NCBI GenBank assembly: GCA_036504955.1
Contig: DASXUI010000097.1
Span: 1 to 60,874, forward strand
Direction of reading: 5' to 3'
Length of the DNA stretch: 60,874 nucleotides
From: Armatimonadota bacterium
GTDB taxonomy: Bacteria; Armatimonadota; DTGP01; DASXUI01
Below, in pieces: positions 43,258 to 50,836 of this stretch. Each line of letters begins with the position of its first letter. The first letter of the stretch is position 1. The notes beneath the pieces were generated by a model. That model saw nothing but the letters and a program-made list of their open reading frames with translations, was not told the origin of the DNA and ran no database searches. The translations under genes were made by a program, and so were the position numbers.

Positions 43258-43435
43258 GGGCTATCCTCCCTCGTGCTTCCTCGAAGCGGCGGTCAAACTC
43301 CGCCTTCTGCTCGGGGGCACGAGAGACTTCATCAGCCAGCAGGCGGAAGGCACCTCGCACGACCTCGCCCATCCGCTCCTGGACCTCTTCAGTAATCCCG
43401 AAGCGCTCACAGGCCTGCTTCTGTCGGTCGGTCAT
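43202..43435 (-). CDS. hypothetical small helical protein
   Basis: 77 aa. Its 3' end overlaps the 259-aa ORF by 56 nt. Confidence 0.4.
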   Translation of the reverse strand: MTDRQKQACERFGITEEVQERMGEVVRGAFRLLADEVSRAPEQKAEFDRRFEEARGRIARGARRTDGRLNRPTVPRP

Positions 43436-43618
43436 AGTTCGGTCCTCCTGCTGGCGTGAAGCAACGACACCCCCGTTATACCATGCGCTGACGGTCCGGG
43501 ATAGCCTCTCAGTGCCGCCGTCCCCACCACTCCCCCAGCGTCGGCCCTCCCCGCGCCCACTCCAGCAGCCGCCCCCACAGCCGCCACACGCGCCACGCCC
43601 CGCCCGCTCCCGCCATGG

Positions 43619-44269
43619 TCAGCGGTCTCCCACCCGCAGGACGAAGTAGGATGCGCTGGTCTCCGGGAACCCGACCTTGCCGACGGCCTCTGCGGGAACA
43701 CTGTCTGCGATGTGCCATCCCAGTTCGCACATAGACTCTCGGATTCCCCGGTCCCTGAGCTTCTGCTGAAGCATGTTGACGGTGTTCCCGAAGCCCTTCT
43801 CATTGCCATCAGGGAACTTGCGCGCCAACCCGTCCAGCATCGCCTGATAGTCCCGCTCTGCGTCCTCCGTGCAGGCGGTGTCCTGCTCGATCACGCAGAG
43901 CATGTGAGCCATGCTTGCCGGCGCTTGGGACGGTTCGGCTGCCGCTGGTATTGCGGAGTTATCTGGCGGGTCTGGTGACTGCAACTCGGGCTTCGCTCCA
44001 GGCTGCATTGCCGCCCACACGAACAGGGACACCAGCAGGAGCAGCACCACGGAAGCCCACACGCCCGTGGTCGGTGTCTGCTTGGGGCGATAGGGTGATC
44101 CGGTAGCCGTTCGGTCACTCGAAGGCAGACGGGAGAGGTCGAACTCTCGTACCGCCCCCTCATCCGGTGGCTCTGGTGACGGCTCCTGGGCTGCCTCCAC
44201 CGGCGCCTCACGCTTCGCCTTCTCCTCCAGGTAGATTCGTTCGCGCTCTTCCGGCGTCAGGTCTGGCAT
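43619..44269 (-). CDS. hypothetical single-pass membrane protein
   Basis: 216 aa with a charged N-terminus, TM VWASVVLLLLVSLFVWAAM and a C-terminal globular domain. Confidence 0.5.
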   Translation of the reverse strand: MPDLTPEERERIYLEEKAKREAPVEAAQEPSPEPPDEGAVREFDLSRLPSSDRTATGSPYRPKQTPTTGVWASVVLLLLVSLFVWAAMQPGAKPELQSPDPPDNSAIPAAAEPSQAPASMAHMLCVIEQDTACTEDAERDYQAMLDGLARKFPDGNEKGFGNTVNMLQQKLRDRGIRESMCELGWHIADSVPAEAVGKVGFPETSASYFVLRVGDR

Positions 44270-44279
44270 GGCGTCCCCC

Positions 44280-45137
44280 TCACCCCAGCCCCACCACCAG
44301 CCGCAGCAGCCGTATGGCGTCCTTCACCGTCACCTTGCCGTCCCCGTCTAGGTCCCCCGCGACGGGTGCGGGCGGCGGAGGTGGCGCCGGGAGGGTGTAC
44401 TCCCACAGGGCGACGCAGTCCAGGCCCATTCGATTCTCGAACATCTCAGGCTGGAATACGAGGACGCGCCGGGGGTTGTTGGGGTCCGTGGAGAGTTGAG
44501 CCGTAGGGGCGAAGGCTGGGCCAGCCAGCCCCTTCTGCCGCAGCTGCCAACTGATGCCTCCGTCATCGCTGAACTCCGGCACCACCGTCCATGGGCTGGG
44601 GGTCCATCCCCAGTCGTATGCTTGGCGTAGCCTCCATACCTCAGTGCCTGACAACCACGCACCCTTGCGGGTCGTGCGGGTCGGTGTCTGCCACCGTGGC
44701 TCTGTCAGCGCCCAGGTGGCTCCCCCGTCATGGCTGGTAGCGGTTTGGCCTCCCTCTGCCACTGTGCGGAACTGCACACTGTCGCGGTCGCTTGGGTCTA
44801 CCACCCCTTCCATCGACACGAGGACGCACCCCACACCCACGGGCAGATCGGCGGGTCGTTTCAGGGCGCTGGCGTCCATCGTTGGCCCCTGGAACTGCCG
44901 CCAAGACACTCCAAAGTCATCCGAACGCAGCAGTCCATAGCCAGGCTCGTTGATGCCTGCCTTGTTCGGGCCAAAGCTGGTGAGCACGTACAGCCGCGTG
45001 GGCTTACCTCCTACCGCCAGCACGCCCTCGTTGTCCTGCATGGAGGCCAGCAGGCAGGTCCACTCCCCTTCGCCGGCCCACGCGGCCCCGACACTCACCA
45101 GCGCCAGCAACCCCCACACCACCACCCGCTTGCCCAT
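44280..45137 (-). CDS. secreted BNR/Asp-box repeat protein with C-terminal dockerin-type repeat
   Basis: ATG 45137 with GAGGAGG upstream. Signal peptide MGKRVVVWGLLALVSVGAAWA, Asp boxes SDDFGVSW, SHDGGATW and SDDGGISW, and C-terminal GDLDGDGKVTVKDAIRLLRLVVGLG. Confidence 0.7.
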   Translation of the reverse strand: MGKRVVVWGLLALVSVGAAWAGEGEWTCLLASMQDNEGVLAVGGKPTRLYVLTSFGPNKAGINEPGYGLLRSDDFGVSWRQFQGPTMDASALKRPADLPVGVGCVLVSMEGVVDPSDRDSVQFRTVAEGGQTATSHDGGATWALTEPRWQTPTRTTRKGAWLSGTEVWRLRQAYDWGWTPSPWTVVPEFSDDGGISWQLRQKGLAGPAFAPTAQLSTDPNNPRRVLVFQPEMFENRMGLDCVALWEYTLPAPPPPPAPVAGDLDGDGKVTVKDAIRLLRLVVGLG

Positions 45138-45803
45138 AGTGAGCCTCCTCACGGGCGCCATTCTGCATCCGTTCGCCATCTCCTCTACACTATCCGGCGA
45201 TCTCACGGTCCTGTACTTGTGAGAACAAGTGTTTGGTGTGGCTGGCGCGCGAAAACCACAGAGGTAACAAGGGGTGGAAGGTGGAATCACTCCTTGGCAG
45301 TGGCCGACCGGCAAGCGACCGCTGCTCAGATACCGCGCACCTTTGGGCCTCTGGCCCAGGGGGCCTCTGTCGCTGGGTGACCAGCCGGGCCGCGCGCGGA
45401 CCCGTCTTGCCGGAGCAGGACCCCCTGGGCTAGGGGCCTGCTGTTGTTATAGACCGCCGGACAAAACGCCTTCAGCAGCAGGGGAGGAGTTGGTAGCGGG
45501 GGCTCAGAAGAGGACAAGCAAGAGCTACACCCTCCCCCACCACGGGGAGAGCCAGGGGACGGAGCGGCAAACTCACATCCCCCGGCATACGCGCGGAGAC
45601 CCAACCAGGGACGGCCATCCCTAGAGAGGCGTCGGTGCGATGGGCACCTTACTCCAGAGACCTATTCGGCGTCACCCCTCGTTTTCCTCACGTCCCGTAA
45701 GTGCCACAAGCAGGCAGCCCCACCCGTTTCTCCGCCGGACCTCTCTCGGCGCTCGTTCCAACCCCACCAGCTAGGCCCCACCGCGCCTGTCGTGAGCGTG
45801 AAC

Positions 45804-45914
45804 TCCCACAGTTTTGAGTGTCGGAGTACACGTCACCCCGGTACGCTATCCTGCGGGAGTGTGTTTCACGACAAGCGAGCGCACGGACTCCGGTTGACAC
45901 TCAAAACTGTGGGA
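45804..45914. repeat. perfect 19-bp inverted repeat separated by 73 bp in the non-coding switch region
   Basis: TCCCACAGTTTTGAGTGTC (45804-22) is the exact reverse complement of GACACTCAAAACTGTGGGA (45896-914). Confidence 0.9.
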
Positions 45915-45943
45915 ATCGGATCCAGAAACACCCCAGAAACCGC

Positions 45944-45973
45944 TTGACGCACATTCCACGCATATGGTATATA
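45944..45973 (+). promoter_or_regulatory. sigma-70-type promoter with extended -10, facing the early operon
   Basis: TTGACG (45944-49), then an 18-nt spacer ending in TGg, then TATATA (45968-73). It is an AT-rich island in GC-rich DNA, 150 nt upstream of the first early ORF. Confidence 0.5.
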
Positions 45974-46119
45974 TGGGGTGTAGGGTGCATCGGGCACCCA
46001 CTACACATGAGCCACGGGGAGGGACACCGGCTCTGTTCCTCCCCGCGCAACGGGAGCCAGCCATGGTTGTAGCAACACCAGCCCCCAGGTCTAGTGTTCA
46101 ACGTGACCGAGGGTCAATC

Positions 46120-46344
46120 ATGCCAAAGCCTCAACGGCGTGCCACTGGCTCAGAGAACCGGAAGCGCTACTCCATGCCCATTTCCAACGGCTACAAGACC
46201 GTCGCCGCCATGATCGCCAAGCTCTACGAGGTGGACGAGGGCGACGTTTACGAGCAAGCCGCGAAGGACTGGGTAGACGCTGAGGCTGCGAAGTTTGGGC
46301 TGACGCACCTGCTGCCCAAGGCTGAGGAGCCGCAAGAGGGGTAA
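46120..46344 (+). CDS. small putative ribbon-helix-helix-like regulator (first early gene)
   Basis: 74 aa from ATG 46120, MPKPQRRATGSENRKRYSMPISNGYKTVAAMIAKLY.., showing a basic arm, beta-strand and helix pattern. The track ORF starts earlier in non-coding DNA. Confidence 0.45.
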   Translation: MPKPQRRATGSENRKRYSMPISNGYKTVAAMIAKLYEVDEGDVYEQAAKDWVDAEAAKFGLTHLLPKAEEPQEG

Positions 46345-46428
46345 CTGAGCCCCCAAGAAGAGGAACCCCGGCCGCCGATCATTCTTCCCGGAGCGAGCGA
46401 CGGCACGGGGCCTGTGGAGGACATTCGA

Positions 46429-46653
46429 ATGTCTCCATCCCGTATTGTACCCCAATGTGCCACGTCTAAGCAACCTGACGGACACAAACCTGCACCGGCG
46501 TCCAGCCGACGCACCTTCGACCTCCTCGGCTGGTTCCTCGTCGCCCTCACCGTCGGCGCGATGGCCTACGGTCTGGTGGGCGCGGCCCTCGACCAGGACG
46601 CTCAGATGCTCCGCGCCCAGGCCGTGGCTCGGCAGAAGGCGGGGCTGCGATGA
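46429..46653 (+). CDS. hypothetical small membrane protein
   Basis: ATG 46429 with GGAGGA 7 nt upstream. TM LLGWFLVALTVGAMAYGLVGAAL. Confidence 0.45.
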   Translation: MSPSRIVPQCATSKQPDGHKPAPASSRRTFDLLGWFLVALTVGAMAYGLVGAALDQDAQMLRAQAVARQKAGLR

Positions 46654-46943
46654 TCTGCCTCGCCAGCCCCACCCCCCAGGTCACTCGCAACCAGCAGCTC
46701 TGGCGCCGCACGCGAGAGGTCCTCACCTCTCGCCCCCAGGGCTACCACCAGCGCCTCTTCGCGGAGCGGGCCCGCACGCCCCACACCTGCCGGGACTGCG
46801 GCGCCCCCATCCAGCGTGGAGAGATGTACGGCGGCATCTTCCTGCCCCGCACCACCCTCTACCACTGCCTGGCCTGCTGCCTCACCGAGGACCCGGAGCC
46901 TGACGCGCGCCCCTTCGCCGTCCACCGCGGGGTGGCCCGATGA
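46650..46943 (+). CDS. hypothetical Cys-rich (zinc-ribbon-like) protein
   Basis: 97 aa with an ATGA overlap. Contains CRDCGAP...CLACC. Confidence 0.45.
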   Translation: MICLASPTPQVTRNQQLWRRTREVLTSRPQGYHQRLFAERARTPHTCRDCGAPIQRGEMYGGIFLPRTTLYHCLACCLTEDPEPDARPFAVHRGVAR

Positions 46944-47149
46944 GCGACCAGGACATGGCCGAACTGGACAGGGCCATCTGCTCGCTCGGCAGCGCTCTCT
47001 ACTCCCTCAAACGGGCCCAAGAGGCCCTCAGCACGGCGGGCGACCTGGACGGTAGCCTCGCAGGTACCGCTGAGGAGGTAGTCGACGACTGCGAGTGGCT
47101 GCTCCGCGATTGCCGGAAGGCTCGGTACGGTACAGGAGGTGCCCGATGA
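46940..47149 (+). CDS. hypothetical protein
   Basis: 69 aa with an ATGA overlap. Confidence 0.4.
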   Translation: MSDQDMAELDRAICSLGSALYSLKRAQEALSTAGDLDGSLAGTAEEVVDDCEWLLRDCRKARYGTGGAR

Positions 47150-47415
47150 GCGGCACCGTCCCCTGCCGCGTCTGCGGCGCCGAGTTGGACCCCGAGACCG
47201 AGGCCCGCGCCGTCGCCCTCTACCCGGAGCGCGCGATGAGCCCGGCCGTCACTCTCTGCAAGGCCTGCTACGAGGAGGAGCCGGTTCGCGTATACGCCGT
47301 CGCCGAGGCCGTCAAGGTCCACCAGGCCGGCCTGAAGCGCCAGCAGGAGCTGCTGACTCGCACCCGAGCCCGCGCCGGCCACCTGGCCCACGCCAAAAGA
47401 GGGGGGCTTCTGTGA
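47146..47415 (+). CDS. hypothetical zinc-ribbon-like protein
   Basis: 89 aa from ATG 47146 (ATGA overlap). Contains CRVCGAEL...CKACY. Confidence 0.45.
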   Translation: MSGTVPCRVCGAELDPETEARAVALYPERAMSPAVTLCKACYEEEPVRVYAVAEAVKVHQAGLKRQQELLTRTRARAGHLAHAKRGGLL

Positions 47416-47624
47416 TGGCGACCCTTCGCATCCGCCGCAACGCCGCCCGCGCCCTGGGGCAGATCACGCCCCACCTGTACGTGGGCAGCCCCAAGGAGCT
47501 CAAGACGAGGGCGTACCTGCTCTCCCAGGTGCTGGGCCTGCACCCGGCCTGGATAGACCGCTGCTGCACGCGACCGCAGCCCTTCCAACCTGCCGACAAA
47601 GCGGCCAGCAAAACCATCCACTAG
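47415..47624 (+). CDS. hypothetical protein
   Basis: 69 aa with a TGATG overlap with the upstream stop. Confidence 0.4.
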   Translation: MATLRIRRNAARALGQITPHLYVGSPKELKTRAYLLSQVLGLHPAWIDRCCTRPQPFQPADKAASKTIH

Positions 47625-47715
47625 GGGCACAAGGAGGATCCGGGGTCGGGTAGAACAGTAGGGTGCTAAGCGATCAATAGTCTGTTTGCTATTCCGAACA
47701 GACAGGGCAGGCCCG

Positions 47716-48039
47716 ATGGATGAAAGCTTTGAGGAGGTGGATCCCATGTACCGACTGCTCGTAGAGCGCGGATGGCTGAGGGTGTTGTCCATGCAGGCCG
47801 TGGCGCTCTGGAACCACCTGGCGCAGCTTAGGCGCGCGGAAGCCGAAGCCGGCTACCCCATGCGAGAGCTGGCGCTAGAGTTCGGCGTCGGGCACGTCAC
47901 CCTCTACGAGCGCCTCCGAGAGCTGGAGGACAACGGCCTAGTCACGGTCGAGCGCCACGGACGCCGGCACCCACTCCAGATCACCCTCGTGACCAACATT
48001 CCCGTGGCGCCGCTTGAGCGCGTCACTCGGGAGGCTTAG
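47716..48039 (+). CDS. winged-helix DNA-binding protein
   Basis: 107 aa from ATG 47716. HTH MRELALEFGVGHVTLYERLRELEDNGLVTV. The track's TTG 47686 lies inside a 7-bp hairpin. Confidence 0.55.
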   Translation: MDESFEEVDPMYRLLVERGWLRVLSMQAVALWNHLAQLRRAEAEAGYPMRELALEFGVGHVTLYERLRELEDNGLVTVERHGRRHPLQITLVTNIPVAPLERVTREA

Positions 48040-48041
48040 CC

Positions 48042-48656
48042 ATGAGCGAGTACACCGACCAGCAAGACGAGCAGTTGGAAGAGATAGTGGCCCGGCTCTG
48101 GAGCGAGGACCTGGAGACGGCAGCGCAGGCCTTCGAGGACCATGACCGCCTGGTGGACGGCACCTGCGACCCGCCTTCCCTCGTCGTGGCGGACTCCAAT
48201 GACGCTGTGCGGATCCTGCGCCGCATGTCCGGCCTGCGACAGGCCCTCGACGCCCTGTCGGCCCCCTTCACCGAGGAGATCCGGCGGCTGCAGGAGCGCC
48301 AGGAAGAGGTCACCCGCACCTACCGCCAGATGCTGAACTGGCTCGACGCCGCCTCCAAGGAGCCGCTGAGGACCTTCGCCCTCGCGAACCTGCCGGACGG
48401 ACGCAAGAGCCTGCCCCTGCCCTACGGCACGCTGAAGCTCCGGCAGGCGCCCGCCAAGCTGGACGTGACCGACCCGGAGGCCTTCTGCGAGTGGGCCCGC
48501 GCCCAGGGCTACGGCGACGAGTTGATCCGCACCAAGGAGGAGCCCAACAAGCGCGCCCTGGCGTCCTGGTTCAAGGGCGCGGAGGGCGAGGTCCCGGAGG
48601 GCACGGTCTTCGTCCCGGAGCACACCGACTTCTCGGTAGAGCTGAGGAGGGAGTGA
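48042..48656 (+). CDS. Mu Gam-like host-nuclease inhibitor family protein
   Basis: 204 aa. A coiled-coil N-half is followed by ...KSLPLPYGTLKLRQAPAKLDVTDPEAFCEWARAQG..LIRTKEEPNKRAL, the Gam-family pattern. It is adjacent to the recombinase. Confidence 0.65.
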   Translation: MSEYTDQQDEQLEEIVARLWSEDLETAAQAFEDHDRLVDGTCDPPSLVVADSNDAVRILRRMSGLRQALDALSAPFTEEIRRLQERQEEVTRTYRQMLNWLDAASKEPLRTFALANLPDGRKSLPLPYGTLKLRQAPAKLDVTDPEAFCEWARAQGYGDELIRTKEEPNKRALASWFKGAEGEVPEGTVFVPEHTDFSVELRRE

Positions 48657-48859
48657 TGGGGACCTTTCTGCTGGAGGAAGTGCTGCCCCTGGTCGGGGTG
48701 GTGGTTGTGCTGAAGACCCTGGAGCTGCGGTTCCGGCCTCGCGTGCCGAGCCTGAAGACCTGGGACCCGAAGGCGCTGGACCGACTGGCGCGAGACGTGA
48801 TGTACAGCGAGGCCGAGGAGCTGGTTGAGCGCGCCTTCGCGGAGGAGGAGATACGCTGA
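48656..48859 (+). CDS. hypothetical small membrane protein
   Basis: 67 aa with a TGATG overlap. N-terminal hydrophobic LLEEVLPLVGVVVVL. Confidence 0.4.
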   Translation: MGTFLLEEVLPLVGVVVVLKTLELRFRPRVPSLKTWDPKALDRLARDVMYSEAEELVERAFAEEEIR

Positions 48860-49881
48860 TGGGAACCGCTGCTGAGCTGGTCGCTACCAGCTACGCCCCC
48901 GTGGTGCGTCAGGTGCCTCGGGAAGACTATGAGCTCATCCACGCGACGGTCGCCAAGGGTTCCACGGACGCGGAGTTCCGGCTGTTGGTCCACATGGCCA
49001 ACAACTACGGACTGGACCCGCTGCTGAAAGAGATCTGGTGCGTCAAGCGCAACCAGAACGACCCGGCCCTCATCATGTGCAGCCGGGACGGCTACCTGAA
49101 GGTCGCCCAGGACCATCCCGACTACGAGGGCCTGCTGTCCTTCGTGGTGCGGGAGGGCGATGAGTTCTCCATCGACGCCTCAGAGTACAGCATCACCCAC
49201 CGGATGGGCGCCAAGCGCGGCGCCATCCTGGGAGCCTGGGCCCGCTGTGACCGTCGCGGCCGGCGCCCCCAGATCTGCTTCGTGGACTTCGAGGAGTACA
49301 AGGGCAACAGCCCCGTCTGGAGCAAGTACCCCTCCGCCATGATTCAGAAGGTCGCGGAGGTGTTCGTCCTCAAGCGCCAGTTCACCATCAACGGACTGGT
49401 GACCAAGGAGGAGCTGGACGCGGGCGAGGTCCCCAGCCCGCCCGTCATCGACGCCCAGTACAGCATCGCCGCCCCGGAGCCGTCCCCCAAGATGGCCTGC
49501 GAGACCTGCGGCGCCGAGTTGACCCAGGGCCAGGCCAACTACAGCCAGACGGCCTACCACAAGAGCCTATGCCCCAAGCATCAGAAGTCAGCCGCGGCGG
49601 CTCAGGTGAAGACCGCAGGCAGGGCCGCCGAGGCCCCCGCCCCCGAACCCGTCGTCAGCTCCTCCGACCCTTCAGCGCGCATCACCGCCTCCACCCTGGC
49701 CACTCTGACCAAGAAGGTCGATGCCTGGAAGGCACTGGGCGCTGACGACGTGGCGGTGGCCTCCCTGATGAGCAAGTACGGCTCCGCCACTCCTGAGCAC
49801 CTCACCGAGCTCCGCGCCCTGGACCTGATCGACGCCCTGCAGGCCCAGATCGACAACCCAGACCCCTTCGTTAACGAGTAG
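48859..49881 (+). CDS. RecT/Bet-family single-strand annealing recombinase
   Basis: 340 aa. Motifs YGLDPLLKEIWCV...SRDGYLKVAQDHPDYEGL..VVREGDEFS...SPVWSKYPSAMIQKVAEVFVLKR. The C-terminal extension carries CETCG..CPKH. Confidence 0.8.
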   Translation: MGTAAELVATSYAPVVRQVPREDYELIHATVAKGSTDAEFRLLVHMANNYGLDPLLKEIWCVKRNQNDPALIMCSRDGYLKVAQDHPDYEGLLSFVVREGDEFSIDASEYSITHRMGAKRGAILGAWARCDRRGRRPQICFVDFEEYKGNSPVWSKYPSAMIQKVAEVFVLKRQFTINGLVTKEELDAGEVPSPPVIDAQYSIAAPEPSPKMACETCGAELTQGQANYSQTAYHKSLCPKHQKSAAAAQVKTAGRAAEAPAPEPVVSSSDPSARITASTLATLTKKVDAWKALGADDVAVASLMSKYGSATPEHLTELRALDLIDALQAQIDNPDPFVNE

Positions 49882-49885
49882 GCCC

Positions 49886-50836
49886 ATGCACGACACGACC
49901 CCTGGGGCCCCTCTGAGGGACCTCAAAAACGCGGAGATGAGGGTGACCCTGGCGCTTCAACGCCGGGGCCCCCTCACTGCCCTGGAGATCTGCGAGGAGT
50001 CCGGCATGACGCGCAACACGGTAAGTGTTGGGGTGGCCTTCGGCATGGGGCGCGGAACCATCGTCGAAGGTCGCCGAGGACGCTTTCGCGAGTACCAGCT
50101 AGCTGAGAATCTCACATTCTCAGATTCTGAGAATCTCACATTCTCAGAATCTGAGCAGTTGGAGGCATCCGCAGAGGCCCCAACTTCTCAGAATGTGAGA
50201 AGTTCAGACCCGGAAGAGTCCTCCAGGTGCTCAGATTCTGAGAAGTTCAGCCCCGAAGAGCCCTCCAACTTCTCAGAATGTGAGAATGTGAGAAGTTCCG
50301 TCGTGGGGGGTAGGGGGGTTAAAGACTCTCTTACACCCAGAACCAAGGAGAGAAAGACTAGACCCCAACCCGGAGGGGGTGCAGGGGGAACCGTACCCGC
50401 CGTCGCCAAGCCCGCCCGCGCCACACCCTCGACCTCCGAGCGGTTCGAGCAGTTCTGGGCGGCCTACCCCCGCAGCATGCGCAAGGGCGACCGACTCACG
50501 GCCTGGAGGAGGTGGCAGCGCCTCGCCAAGCACCCCGAGAACCCCCTGTCTCCCGACACCTCGGCCCAGGACTTCCAGGACCTGATGGACGGCCTGGAGC
50601 GCTGGAAGAACTCGCAGTTCTGGGCGAACGACGGCGGCCAGTACATCCACATGCCCGCCACCTGGCTCAACAAGTGCCTCTGGACCGAGCATCCCCTTCC
50701 GGTACGGGTAACCCAGAGCATCCCCGTGGGCCCACGGTCGCAGGCCCCCGCTCCCGCCCTCACCCAGGCCGACCGCGACCACGAGGAGTTCATGGCGCGG
50801 GCCCGCCGTAACCAGGAGGCCTACGATGGCGACTGA
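49886..50836 (+). CDS. replication organiser/initiator (N-terminal wHTH, C-terminal DnaD-like FWAAYPR domain)
   Basis: 316 aa with N-terminal MRVTLALQRRGPLTALEICEESGMTRNTVS and C-terminal FEQFWAAYPRSMRKGDRLTAWRRW. The central part is encoded by the iteron cluster. Confidence 0.65.
   Translation: MHDTTPGAPLRDLKNAEMRVTLALQRRGPLTALEICEESGMTRNTVSVGVAFGMGRGTIVEGRRGRFREYQLAENLTFSDSENLTFSESEQLEASAEAPTSQNVRSSDPEESSRCSDSEKFSPEEPSNFSECENVRSSVVGGRGVKDSLTPRTKERKTRPQPGGGAGGTVPAVAKPARATPSTSERFEQFWAAYPRSMRKGDRLTAWRRWQRLAKHPENPLSPDTSAQDFQDLMDGLERWKNSQFWANDGGQYIHMPATWLNKCLWTEHPLPVRVTQSIPVGPRSQAPAPALTQADRDHEEFMARARRNQEAYDGD
50103..50295. repeat. iteron cluster / candidate phage replication origin inside the organiser gene
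   Basis: A 24-bp tandem CTGAGAATCTCACATTCTCAGA occurs at 50103 and 50127, with a partial third at 50151. Palindromes CTTCTCAGAATGTGAGAAG (50184), CTCAGATTCTGAGAAG (50230) and CTTCTCAGAATGTGAGAATGTGAGAAG (50269) follow. The region is a local low-GC island. Confidence 0.7.

Noticed and set aside
45326-46101. Track ORFs 45326..45604, 45688..45900, 45846..46064 and 45901..46101 as candidate repressor genes in the switch region
   Set aside because: None has an RBS or an HTH. Their composition is shadow-like (R, G, P, S, C-rich), they overlap one another, and one spans the 19-bp inverted repeat. The region is treated as non-coding.
50103-50295. Possible CRISPR-like array, also considered for 35865..35918, 33365..33406 and 5268..5394
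   Set aside because: The repeats are too short or too few, lack uniform unique spacers, and lie inside coding sequence (iterons, an in-frame peptide repeat, a signal-peptide duplication) or form a single hairpin. No cas genes are present.
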